A stretch of DNA of 64,000 bases from Carcharhinus amblyrhynchos (lineage: Eukaryota): NCBI GenBank assembly GCA_965287045.1, contig OZ336877.1:63612001-63676000 (forward strand), given 5' to 3'. Under the pieces are notes generated by a model. That model was given only the letters and a program-made list of their open reading frames with translations. It did not search any database and was not told the DNA's origin. This document shows, piece by piece, positions 1 through 12,560 of this stretch. The first letter of the stretch is position 1. Each line of letters begins with the position of its first letter. A program made the translations under genes and the position numbers.

Positions 1-9
1 CTTTTTAGG

Positions 10-200
10 GGGCTGGGTGGATCAGTTGGCTGGTTGGCTAATAGATCAGGTTGGTGTTAGCATCATGGCATTCAATCCCTCTTCTGATCAGAGTGGATTT
101 GGGACCTTCTTTCTTACACTACTTGTGGTGGAGGCTGTGGTGCTGCAGGAAGGGTCTGCCTTTAGACAGAGAAGAAGTTATATGTTCAAGTCTCTTGGGT
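10..200 (+). mobile_element. Degenerate tRNA-derived SINE (family B)
   Basis: Head (gatcagttggctggttggct...cattcaatcc) is similar to the copies at 17131 and 19043. Confidence 0.5.
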
Positions 201-759
201 GAGCGAGGCCTGTAAAACTGAGCAAGGTTGATACCGTACCTTGGGTAAAAATCATTATAAAGTTTACTTCCTCTTATTTAAATTAAAAGTAATTTATAAT
301 GTTGAGCTTTACAAATTTCAGGGCCAATATTGTGTAACATCGGCTGTCCTGAAGGTTGTAGGATGGTGAAGGATACTCTGGATTGGGCTGAGTGCATCTC
401 TTAACAAATTCCATTTTAACTAAAGGAAGAATCACCTCTAATCACATTCATATCTACAAGTTAAACTGCTAAGAAACATCATCAAAAATGTTGTTCGCAC
501 TTTGTGTTATTTCCAGCTCTTGAACTGTGTGAAAGAATGAAGAATAAGCAAGATTTGTCGCTTTCATTGAAAATTGACTGTGATTCCCAGAATACCAGTA
601 AAATCAAGGGAATATCTTGAGATTCCATCCAATAAAAATGGGAATTTGACTTATTAAATGACCATCAAACAATGGTCCCAATAAGAAATTGATAAGAATC
701 ATGGACTGCGATCCCAAAAACACCAGTAAGCATTCTACAAACTGCTGTGACAAAAATTA

Positions 760-889
760 AGCAAAATACTGCAGAGTTTGGAAATCAGAAATAAGAATTG
801 AAAATGTTAGAAACACTTCAATTGCTCTGGCAGCATCTGTAGAGGGAGAAACTGTGTTAACAGTTCAACTTAATGATCTTTCATCAGAA
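760..889 (-). mobile_element. Degenerate Penelope-like terminal-repeat fragment with decayed hammerhead motif
   Basis: Typical shark repeat aaaatactgcag...ggcagcatctgt..gagaaac..gttaac..atgatctttcatcag. The minus strand reads CTGATGA-aagatc..., with the rest of the core decayed. Confidence 0.5.
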
Positions 890-953
890 AACAGAAAAAT
901 AAAATTGAATTCAATTTGTTTGAACAACATGAAATAGTAGTATTGTGATTGAA

Positions 954-1177
954 CATATTCTCCCCGTGTCTGTGTGGGTTTCCTCCGGGTGCTTTGGTTT
1001 CCTTCTACAATCCAAGGATGTTCGGGTTAGGTTGATTGGCCACAATAAATTGTCCCTTAGTGTTGGGGGACTATCAGGATTTTAAATACATGTGGGTTAC
1101 GGCGAAAGGGCCTGGTTGTTGTTGATGCAGGTTCAATGGGCCAAATGGCCCCCTTCTGCATTGTAGGTTTCCTATGA
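954..1177 (+). mobile_element. HE1-type V-SINE, 5'-truncated
   Basis: V-domain (ttctccccgtgtctgtgtgggtttcctccgggtgct) and CR1-type tail ending ctatga; aligns with the full copy at 49167. Confidence 0.88.
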
Positions 1178-1439
1178 ATAACGAAATGGGGTATAGGGGG
1201 AATTGCTACCAGCACGTCATGCCTGAAGCTTTTCTCAAGAATATGGGTAAGGAAGGGTGGAATATTGCTGGTTGTGGTATGAGTTACCTTAGTTGGATGT
1301 TGGCAAGGGGGAAAGGGTGGGGGGGCGTTGAGATGTGTTAATAATGCCCAGAATGATTGTGCTGGCATGTTGTCTAATGGTTCATTTTCTGCACATCAAA
1401 ACAAACCATTTGTTAGGCAGGATAATGTAAGGCTTTGTG

Positions 1440-2013
1440 TGAGTTAGCTGAGGGCTGAGTGCTACTGGGCGTGAGGGTGGGGGGGGGGAGAGTGGATGGT
1501 GAGGGAAGGGGGTGGCTGTAGCCTGTGAGAGCCCCCTCTGGCTGGCACTGTGTGCTGGTGCGGCTGGAGCCCCTCTCTTTGTGTGGGGAGCTGGTGCTTG
1601 TTCTTGTGCTCTCCTCGCTGTGTCACAGCGAAGCTCACCGGCTGCCGAAGGTTGACAAAACTACACATCCTCCTCTTGTAAAGGGGAGGAGGAGGGGGGG
1701 TAAAGTCGGGAAATTCTCGTGAAGAAAAAGAGAAACGCTTTCCTTACTGAGTTGATCTTTATTTTTTTCCTCTTCAAGTGTTACTGGACTGCAAAGCTGT
1801 TTATTTTGGACTCAGAAAACTACAGGCTGCTAACAAAACTGCTTTTTTTTTGGAGAGTTCTCTTACTGTAGACCACAAACGGATGTGAGACAAGGAAGGT
1901 GTCTCTCCTCCCTCTCCTGTTTCTTCTCTCTCTCTTTCTTTCTTTCTGCTCTCACCAACAAACCAGAAAAAAAAAGGGAGCTGCTGAATGTGTTCACTGC
2001 AAATTTCACTGAA
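1440..2013 (+). promoter_or_regulatory. TOX: TOX proximal promoter / 5'UTR
   Basis: Repeat-free, locally GC-richer segment directly upstream of the ATG. It has G-tracts (1467-1515, 1683-1700), a CT-rich tract (1902-1952), an A-tract before the ATG, and the block ACCACAAACGGATGTGAG..AAGGAAGGTGT that I recall from the mammalian TOX leader. The TSS cannot be placed from sequence. Confidence 0.7.
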
Positions 2014-2118
2014 ATGGACGTGAGGTTTTATCTACAGACTGCTCCTCCAGCTAACATCTCCACAGATACTCCCTGCCTGGGACCTTCACCCTGCTTAGAT
2101 CCATACTATAGCAATAAG
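2014..2118 (+). CDS. TOX: First coding exon of thymocyte selection-associated HMG box protein TOX (35 aa, phase-0 intron follows)
   Basis: Translates MDVRFYLQTAPPANISTDTPCLGPSPCLDPYYSNK. This matches the human TOX N-terminus as I recall it (MDVRFY...PCLGPSPCLDPYYCNK); the CLGPSPCLDPYY block distinguishes it from TOX2/TOX3. ATG context gaaATGG has A/G at -3 and G at +4. The exon ends AAG|gtgatt, a canonical donor at 2119. Confidence 0.93.
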
Positions 2119-4769
2119 GTGATTTACTTTAGTTTTCTCTAAAGCATGTATGATTACACGTGTGTCTGTTTGAATGTTCCTGGAGTTCTGGCGCAATGCA
2201 AAGCTAATGCAAGCCTGCGTGTGAGAGAGGGAGAACAGTGTTTGTGCAGCTAGTTGGTTCTTTTTGGCTGGGTACAATAAGGTGGTACCGATGAGTTTCG
2301 AAGCGCATCGTATTGCATTGTAAGTGAACATTGAGACCGGGATGGTAGGGCAGATCGATGGACACACAGTAGCTTTTTGCAGCTTTCCCTCACTTTTACT
2401 CATAGGACTGAGCGGCGTGGCAGTAAAACTGCATTGATCTCAATAAACTAGTTCCGACTCATTTCCTTTCATTGTGTCAGAAATTGGGACTGAACAGGTT
2501 GCGATCATGTTTACATCTGTGTCAGTTGATAGGCTAATAGTTGCCTTCTAATATTTTAAAACCTCCGGGCGAAGGACTTCAGCTTTCTCAGTAATTTTTT
2601 TTCACATTTGCTAATTGCAAATATAGGTATAGCTCGCTAAATGTTTGTAACTAGTGATCTGACTACCTGTGCCTACTACGTAACAAAGTGAATGAACTTT
2701 TAAAAAATGTCCTTTAGATCCAATTGACTGAGTTTTTAGTGCGTGCAGTATTTAAGCATGAAGGGCAAAGTACAATTCAGATGAATCAATTATTTTGGGG
2801 CTACTTTACTCCCGTTGGCATGGTGCTGCATAGTTCAAATTAGTTTTAAGCTGTATCAAACCTATTGTTTGTAAAGTGCCCGATGTGCAAGAGTACGAGT
2901 ACTGGGTAGAAGTTGGAGCAAGGCTGCTTATGGCAAATGTGTGAGGTATCTCTTGTGTAAACAGACAAAAATGGATGGTATGCTGTTGTATGTGGGTCAG
3001 GCTACAGGACAAACACAGAAGACCTTATAAGAGCTGAGTATGAGGCATGAACTGAGATCTCTAGTTAAGTGTACGCATGGTGTGTTTGATGAAGTGGCAG
3101 CAAAGAAATCAAACGTATTCCCAAGACTAAAATTACATATGCAGCAATTATTTAAACATCAGTGTGTAATTTTGTGTGATAGTACACATGAAAGTAGGGT
3201 GGCATACTATCTAATTAATGTTAAACAATGAGACAATAATCAATATGTTTAAATACAGATAAAATTAACCCACTACAAATGTTAGCATCCTATCTAATAA
3301 CATCAATTTCCTTTAAGGAACATCTCTTTTTGAAGTTCTTGTCAATTCAACTTTTATTTTCATTTTATAATCAGTATTATCTCTGGAACTAGTGAGCTTG
3401 TAAAAGTTTACCTGTAACAAATCGAAATTACAATTCTGATACGCATAGAAAATTCAGATTTTGAAAAACTGGAAAACCAAAAAGTTACTACTTCAGTGTG
3501 ACACAACAAAGCATCATTATCCTTTTGTGAGTAGCATGGTGCATCACGGACAGGTGCACTCTTTTATTTTTGGTGCCATTAACATTGCTAAAACAAGTAA
3601 GTAAGCCACAGATAAGCAAAAAGAAGTGTCTTAGGTTTTTTTGTTTACAATGTACAGTTGAATATAATGTTCATATATGTAATATATTTTCCCCCTTCAG
3701 ATTAATACACAATCACCTTTAGGCTTTTTCCTGTGTGTTTTCATGCAAAATGATACGCAAAATTAAATGAAGCTTCATTTAGTAAAATGTTTAGCAGTTG
3801 AAATAGAGCATTTTATGTTAAAAAAGACCACAATTATTAATATACGTGAACATTTGCAATGTCTTGTAAAAGTGAAAGTAACAGGTGTAGTTAACTTTGA
3901 GGCTAGTCCAGTCTTGGTGTTTAAGATTACATTTATAGAATGCTTCTTGGTTTGTAATGTCAACTGCACTCATGACTGGATTACAGCCTTGTAATTCATT
4001 CTCAAGTTTCTTTTCTGTTGTAATTATCTGCAACAACATCTGAACGTTCATTTGTATCAATGAAAAATGGATAAAATTAATAAATTGCTTTATAATGAAC
4101 TATTTTCTGCAAACGCAGAAAGGTATTGCGTGCTCAAAATTCCTTTTCATGTACTAGTGGGCTCTGGTGCCAATCCAAATGCCCCACAAATTGTTATCTG
4201 TTATACATAACCTATTATTTTTCACTTAGCACAATTCTCAAAATGGTATCAACTTGCCTGTTATGAGAAAATAATTGTTAACTTGCCAGTGCAATATCTT
4301 TCTAGTGAATCCTAATCAGTATTGTAATCTTTGCAATACCTGTTCATTCATTTCCATAGGATGCTGGTGATTTATTTGATTTGTTTTAGTGAAACTATCA
4401 TTTTCTTTGTGAGCATTTGAATCTTATGAGTAAGAATTGACCTTTCTGATAAATGGCACTGGGTGCAGTTTTCTCCAGTCAACCATATATCATTAGTAGC
4501 TATTGTGAATTGCCCACGGTTGCTCTTTACCATGTAAGAAGCCATTTATTTTCAGTCTTTTAAATACCCTTTAACTTGTTGCAAAATACAGCAAATAAAT
4601 AAATGAAAATGCTACAGGAGTAATTCAGTAACTGCATATATCGACTTTTCAGAAACTAGCAACATTTGAACAAATGAGCTATTTAGAAAAGTACAGGTCG
4701 TATAATGTAATAATCACATTTAGTGGTTAATGAAAGAACCCTATCTATACTCCCTTGATGGCTATAAAA

Positions 4770-4965
4770 AGCTGTTATGTTCATGGCATCAATTGGGATA
4801 CAGCTGCTATGCGTTAATGATACATCATTGTCTGACTGATACACACAGAAGAGGTCAAACCTGAAGTGACCCTCAGAACACTTAACAAACTAATCTAGTT
4901 TTAAATAACATATTACCACCCCAGAAACCTAAGTATTTCTGGCATCACACTGGACAGTCACAAGT
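4770..4965 (+). mobile_element. Highly decayed LINE RT relic (Vingi/Ingi-like?)
   Basis: cctaagtatttctggcatcacactggacagt resembles a frameshifted PKYLGITLD RT motif. Confidence 0.3.
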
Positions 4966-7900
4966 AAACAGATGCCATGGAGGACAACTTCTGTGGTGGT
5001 AATCAGTGGGGACAAGAAAATAAAGAAGACTTGCAAAGTTATATATTCAATTTTTAGTAATTTGAACCTTAATCTTCAAAATGAACACTTTCATAGTTTT
5101 AAGGAAGTATTAGTTTAACATTCATCATGCAGTTCAATGCAAGGGAATTTTATTTCTGAACTTCACTGGATGTTTAGAGAATTCGCTTTTATTCCTATTG
5201 CCCAATAGTATTGTTTGAGCATCTAATTTTAATTTCTATAGTAAGTTTTTTTAAAATGCTAACTCATTCTCAATTACATTGTTTTATTACAGCAGTTATT
5301 TTCAAACATGTTAGCTTTAGAGACGAATAAATAACACATCTGAATGGTTCCAGTTTGTTTCACTTTTTACCAACATGTTAAGTAAATAGTAATAAAGTTA
5401 CATTAAAACTTTTAAAGGAAACCACATGCGAATTTTTGGGGAAGGTTAGAGATGAATATTATATATTTAAATGCAGCTCTATTTAAATTATTCCAAGTAA
5501 ACAGGGGATGTTGCCTGATTAAACATTGGACAGAAAACTATTTTAAAACAGAGCCATAAGCAAGCGTAGTGCTACTGTAGTCTGATTTGTTTTGTATTTT
5601 CAGCAATAAAAATCTATTTTTATTCAATACTTTGAGTTTAATCGTAACAACATTCCTCTCACTCACACTTTTATGTGTACTTTCTACTGTTGTCATGCAT
5701 TATTTTCACTATATATCAATGCGTAAGTGGCACATTTTCAGCTTTCAAATCTTACACCTTTTCAGTTCACAGTTTGGATGATGGTGACAGTTTTGCTGTG
5801 AGGTTTGCTTTGGCAGTTAATGAAGTTTTTATGTGATGAGTATTTCAGCAGCTGCTTGCTTGTGAATGAGAAATTATAAGTTATATTGTTAGTTTCAGAC
5901 ATGGTATTACCTTTTTAACACAGAAAAATATATACACCATTCGTCAGTGGTGAAGCAAGTCTTTTATTCTCTTTTAGAGCTTAGCTCTCTAGGCTGATGT
6001 GAACTAGAATGGCATTGGTTATATGGTCAGCAAATGAATAGGTCTACTTTGAATCTGGACTGCTGCCAATTTTGTGCAGACAAAAGAACTTGACAAAAGA
6101 AAGAATTGCTAATGCAAAATGCAAACTAGGAACAATCTGGAAAAAAACTAACAACAGAAAAATTCTGACCATATGGCAGCACTGAATCTCAAATTGTTTG
6201 GTATTTAATGTATCTTTATAATATAAAAATAAAATTCAGAAATCCATCAGCTGCAAATATTTGTGCTTCAATTTATAATGGTATTTATAAAGATTGCTGT
6301 TAAGTTAATGTGGTACAGTACATCAAAATTTAATTCTCAGTATGTGTTTTCAAACACAACAATGCACCCTGCAGGCTTTTTGCCAAGAAAACAGAGTTGT
6401 CCACTGTTGGAGTTCCTGTTTTCTAGTCTGTGTTGTAGTGGAAACAGTAGTTTGATCAGCTATGCCATGCTCCATATGTGACACTCATTAGTGTGTACTT
6501 GTCACTACTGCTACAGTAAAGATGCATCTGTGTTCACCTCATTTAGAAACATGAAACCTAGGGAGCCAGATTTTGCGTGATCATGTTAATTGTACTTAAT
6601 TTGGGTTGATGATGGTAGTTGTGTACTTTCTGACCTGTTTAATAAAGTAGCTGGATAATTATCGCAGACTGAATCAAAACTAAAGTAAGAGTGTATTTTT
6701 ATGTAATATCTGCCCCATATTCAGAATGTTCTAAAGTGTAGTTATTCTGCAGTACAGTTGCTGTTGTTTTGAGGATGTGACAGCTGATTTGCAGTCTTTA
6801 AAACAGAATTTAAGCCCATGATTTTTGTAAACAAATAGTAACCAAAGAGAGCATATTGTTTGAATAATGGCATCATTAAATGCCACCTTAATTTATGAAG
6901 GCAAGAGAAGTTACCTTATGTTCGGGTAGGAAACATGGCACGCAGCTGTGGTTGCTACTTTGAGCTTCAATCATAGTCAGTGTTTGAAATTCCCAATTTG
7001 TACGTGTGAACACTTTTTTCAGTTCAGATCAGCATTAGTGGAAGAGGAGAGCAATTGTTGCAGTATGGGAAATGCAGATCTCACTGGAAAAATACACAAC
7101 TGCTACTAGTAGGAAATAAACTAGATAATATTTGCGTTGCAAGCTAATACAGAGCAACTACACAACCTTCTTACTGGCTGTACAGTCTGGAGAAAGAGCT
7201 CAGCAGAGAAAGAGGGCTAAAAAATTAGAGAAAACATTTCATCATGTTAGAAACTACAAATGATGAAATAAAAGCAAAAGACTTGACCTACAAGAAATCA
7301 ATTGTTTTTTGAGAATACTGTACCAGCTTTATGAGCTTTATGACATATTCAGTTAAGCGAAAACTTCATGATTGTATGCTTCAATACTTGGGCAGAAATA
7401 GAGATAAAATGAACAGAATAGAAGTTATTCCCTGAAATAATAGATGCATTGTTACGTTTGTTTCATTAACAGGATCTAAAAGAGCAGTTCAGCACTGAGT
7501 CAGACCAATGTAATGCTTTGCTATCTATGATTATGCTCTTACTTTGAACAGAGTTTTGTTTCAGACACTATCAGAAATAGTGTATGCTTCCATTATAAGG
7601 TTTTCAGTTGAAAATGTGCTAACATATTCTACTGCAATGAAATGGAACAGATAATAAAACTGAACCTCATAGAGTGCTGTTATACATGGTGAAATTCACT
7701 GACAGGGTTATAGTTAGTTGTGTTTGTGTAATTTTACATTTTAAACATATTTCTGTTCAATAAATGGTGCTTTTAAAGAAGTGGTATCAAATGACTTGGC
7801 ATCAAATGAATTGAATAGATCCCTGATACTATACCAATTTTCCAAAGGAGGAAATCAACCATAGATTGAATTGCCATCACTCGACTGCTCCCAAGTATAC

Positions 7901-9885
7901 TTTTTAGTTCCTTTACATAAGAAACAATTGGTGTTGGTGCCTGTAAGCATATACAGCTCAGAAATTGCCAGCATTTCATGAGGGTTGTGGGGAATTACTA
8001 CTATTTAGGATAGATTGAAGACTTGGAGTGACTGAATGTAAAAGCAGATAACTATCATCCACTCACTACAGTACTCCCAGTTCACCTTACTAATGATTTT
8101 TGAAGGTCACAAAAGAATTGCATTGTGGCAGTTAGACTGTTTCAGCCAATGTAAGTCCGAAGCCTGAACATAGCCCCAGTTTGGGATTAGTTCATCCATT
8201 TTTGCTCTGATAAAATCTGGAAGAATGTGGAATCATACAAAGGAATTAGACCGGATTTGGAAGAATGTTACATTCTTTAATGTTGCTATCTTTATCAATA
8301 AACAAAGATGGAAATATACCATTGAATTATTAAGGAGCAGAGGATAACTAGATGATTGACAATGTTTGGCAGATTGTGCAATTCTCAACAGTAATTGACA
8401 AAAATATGTAGTTTGAAAATTTGTAATATTTTCTGAAGTATAAAACAACAGATATGTTTAAAATCACCATCTTTTTTAAACTTTAAAATATTCAGATCTG
8501 CTGACTTAACATGCAGTATTAAGAAATAAGAATACGGTTTAGTTTTCAGTTCTTCATCCAAACTCAAGAGAAATCACTACAGCTTGAGAAAAGAATTTAG
8601 TGTTATTGTAAGCTTCCAACCTTTTCTTAATGCCTCACATGTCAACATTTAAAAAGAGATGTCTTACTAATAAAGCTAATCAAGATAGAATTTTCTGCAG
8701 CTTGTAACAAAGGCTGTTACTGTTTAAGTTTCTGTTCAGTGGTTAGTGTATATGGTTCATTGAGTGTTGTCAAAAAGGCTTTCCTCTTGATTGACAGCCT
8801 CATAGGAATGTGAAAAGGGATTTTAATTGCATATCATCTGTGTATATCAGAAGGGGTGCAATGGCAGCACTCACTGGAATTTATTACTGCTGAGGTCCAT
8901 ATCTACAGGTCAGGATGTATCAGTGGTATGTGAACAGTTTAAGAACTAACTATAACCCTGTCAGCGAATAACATTATTTAGGGTCAGTATTCAGCCAGTC
9001 AAGATAATGGACACAAAATCATAAATAAGTTTCCATCATTTGCATTGCAAAAAAGTACTTACAGTAGCTTTTTCAACATGTTGATATCATCAGTTTTATT
9101 CAACCTAAATTTCATTGTCAATGTTGAATCATGCAAATATACTTTTGAATGTATGCCACAGAATGCAAAACAGTGCAGGGACTTTATAATCTGCAGCCAG
9201 GTATTATATAAAGCTTTTAAACTTTGTAATACTATTCAGCAATTTTTGGTAAATGTGCTCGTCATTGCTATCCCATAGCATTAATGCATAATGTCCAGTT
9301 TTATTGCATGATTATTGACTGCAATGCATACTCAGCTGAAATAAAATTCAACTGAACATTTGCTGCACTATGCATTTTGCAATTTATCTACTGAAAATAA
9401 TCTTTCAGAATGCAAGTATTTCGATGATAGCATTTTAGCTAATGACCTATTAAACAATTTAGTGTAGCATGTTTAAAGTTGTGTACTCTCTTTACAAGTG
9501 ACATACCCTATTCTTAATTATGTTTTTAATCCTAAATGTAATCCTAATCCTAAATCTAATTCTAACCCTAGGTCCAGCATAACTCGTAAATCTAGCTCTG
9601 CCCCTAAAACAAACCTTGGGCATTAGTGTAGTTCCAACTTACCCACATCTTGTAACCCTGTTTTAAATTCTGTTGGCACAGTCAGCCAACTGCCAAAACT
9701 GAAACTGAAGGAGAAAGGCTTCTCAAAAAATTGCACCTGCACGTAAGTCACCATCAATTGTTTTGCTTGTGTATGATGGTGGGGAGTCCTGAGCTTTAAA
9801 GAAACAGCGGGAGGCCATAATACAAAGCTGCATTCGTGCAGGTGCACAGTGTTGGGGTAACCTTTTTGCCTCAGTTTTACAGGGG

Positions 9886-11902
9886 AAGAAAAAATTACAT
9901 TTATACAGGACTTTACACGACCACTGGACACCCCAAAGCTTTACAGCCAATGAAGTACTTTCTGAAATGTAGTCACTGTTCTAATGTAGGAAATGTGGTC
10001 GCACATTTGCACTCAGCAAACCCCCAAAACCACAATGTGAGAATGACTAGATGATGAGTTTTTGTAATGTTGGTTGAGGGTTAAATATTGGATAAACAAC
10101 TCCCCTGCTTTTCTTTATATGGGTGCCTGAAATAACTCCTCAAAGGCCCGATATTACTCCTTTTCCAGATTCCCTTCAGTTACACACTCTATTCCACTCC
10201 ATTAACGGGATTTTCCAGCCATGCACACCTCAAGGCTGGAAATTCCCAGTTGAGGCCAATGAGTCTTTATATGGTCCACATCCCACCCCAGCCCTGTCTG
10301 GTAAAACTCCAGTAGCAGACAGGATGGAAAAATTCCACCCCTGGAATGCTTCAGGTACAAAGTCAGAATCCGGAGTGCCACTGTACTCGACACTCCCATT
10401 TTCATATACAGACAAGGCTCCCTGATTGGATAGACAATTATGACCTCAATCAGGGAATTCATACTCCGAGATCCCAAACTCATGGGTTTTGTCGAAGTCA
10501 TTATAGCGGTGTGGGATCTTTTACATCCACCCGAGCAAGCAGATAGGGCCACGGCTTAATGTTGCATTTAAAAGACAGCACCACAAAGAAAGTCGTGCAA
10601 TGTTGGTCTGAAGAATCGGATGATCTTCTATGGGGCTGCTTGGAGTCAGTGGACTGGTCAGTATTTTAAAACTCTGTGACCAGCCTGAATAAGTACACCA
10701 CTACAGCAACTGACTTCATTAGTAAGTGTGTAGAAGACTGTGTGCCAAAAAAAACAAACCCGTGTGTTCCCCAACCAGAAGCCATAGACGAACAGGGTTA
10801 TCCACTGCTTGCTAAAGCTCAGGTCTGAGGCGTTCAAGTCTGGCGACACTGATCAATACAAGAAAGCCAGATACGATCTAAGAAGATCCATCAAAGATGC
10901 CAAAAGACAGTACCTGACCCAGCTAGAGTCCCAGGCTACCCACACTAACCCCTCCGATAATAGCAAGGTCTGCAAGACATAACAGGTTGCAAGGTGAAGG
11001 CATGTAAAATCCCCAACTCCAACGCACCCCTCCCTAGTGAGCTCAATGCAATCTATGCCTGTTTTGAGCAAGAGGTCAGCGAGAGCGTGCACTCCACCCT
11101 GGAAGCCCTGGGTGAACCTGTATCTGGAGTCACCATTGCAAATGTCAGCACAACCTTCTTGATGGTCACCCCATGGAAAGCGACTCGCCCGGATGGCCCG
11201 GATGACCCGGACTTGCACTCAGATCCTGCACGGATTCGCAGACGTCTTCAACCTCTCTTTACAACAATCTGAGGTCCCTATCTGCTTCAAGAAGACGACC
11301 ATCATCCCAATACCAAAGAAAAGCCAAGCAGCGTGCTTAATGGCTATCAGCCGGTGGCTCTGACATCCATCAGTATGAAGTTCTTCGAGAGGCTAGTCAT
11401 GGCACAAATCAATTCCAGCCTCCTGGATTACGTGGATCCACAACAATTTGCCTACCGCCGCAACAGGTCCACAGCAAATACCATCCCCCTGGCTGTGCGC
11501 TAATCCTGGTATACCTGGATAACAGTACCACCAAGTCTGAGGTCACGTATTAATTGACTCAAGAACAGCTTCTTCCCTGCTGCTGTCAGACTTTTGAATG
11601 GACATTGCATTAAGTTGATCTTTCCCTAGCTATGACTATAACACTACATTCTGCACTTTCTTGTTCTCTGTGAACCATATGTTTTGCCTATACAGCACGC
11701 AAGAAACAATACTTTTCACTGTATGTTAAACATGTGACAATAATAAATCAAATCAAATCAAACCTCCAACAATGCAGGACATTCTCAGCAGTGCACTGGA
11801 CTGTCAGCGTTGATTTTTGTGCTCAAGCCCCAGAGTGGGTCGTGAATCTAGAATCCTTGCAATTCAGAGGCAAGGGTGCTATCAACTGAGCCACAGCTGA
11901 CA
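9886..11902 (-). mobile_element. DeuSINE/SacSINE1-like SINE split into three pieces (about 9886-10118, 10511-10582, 11762-11902)
   Basis: The joined pieces are collinear with the reverse complement of the intact copy at 41305-41697 (e.g. ttacagccaatg, gggatcttttacatccacc, head ...actgagccacagctgaca). Confidence 0.75.
10583..11761 (+). mobile_element. Rex1/Babar-like LINE fragment, 5'-truncated and internally deleted
   Basis: Decayed ORF2 peptides (KVVQCWSE..., TDFISKCVEDCVPKK, FPNQKP, CFKKTTIIPIPKK, PVALTSI, QFAYRRNRST) and a 3' tail aataa(atcaa)n. Confidence 0.8.
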
Positions 11903-12560
11903 TCACTGTGATGAAGATACCAGTGCCTCCTGCAAAAATGTGTAGACAATTCATCTACTCTGCCTATCTCGCTATATCCATGACAGCTGCATTAAAATAG
12001 TACATGTAAAAGTTAACACAAACACCAAACTTGGTGGGAAAATGAAATTGTAGGGCGTGATTTTCTGGCTGCTCACACCAGACTCCTGCTGCATCGAGCT
12101 TGGACAATTTGATGGCCAGCGTGAACGGCTATAACGTTCTAGCCCTAATCTTTAGTATTATTTTTGTATGTAACATTTAAATGTCTGCTCCTTGCACTTA
12201 GGAATATTGCATTTTTGAAATGCCCAGGAAATGTTAAGTTAAGGCTGAAAAGCAGTGTCCAGTGCCACATTTGAAAACTTTGGAGTTCTCACTCTCGTGG
12301 CTCCACTTTCTGTTCTTTTGCCTCTCTAAAGGTCTTGTGCAGACAATCAGCTGAGACTTTTGTACACTGAACACATTTCCCCTTTAAGCAGGGGGCGGGG
12401 GGGTGGGGGGGTGCTGCCTCTCAGATGTACAGGCTTGCTGAAGCACATGTTATGCAAGCACGTGGTTGGGCCCCACTATCATCAGTCAGATGTGCTTTCC
12501 CTGCTGGGTTAGTTGCTGAGGAGGCAGCATGAAGTTCATGTACTGCTTACTTGAATAGGA

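Noticed and set aside
1885-2142. 85-aa ORF as a complete gene
   Set aside because: It starts at a GTG in the leader and reads into the intron. Only 2014-2118 is TOX coding sequence.
5765-5800. cag|tttggatgatggtgac as TOX exon 2 (FDG...)
   Set aside because: The phase-0 frame reads F-G-stop and does not give the expected FDGENMY-like peptide.
8947-8968. Resemblance to the LSU rRNA / I-CeuI site (TAACTATAAC...AGCGAA)
   Set aside because: The central part and spacing differ and there is no flanking rRNA similarity; treated as chance.
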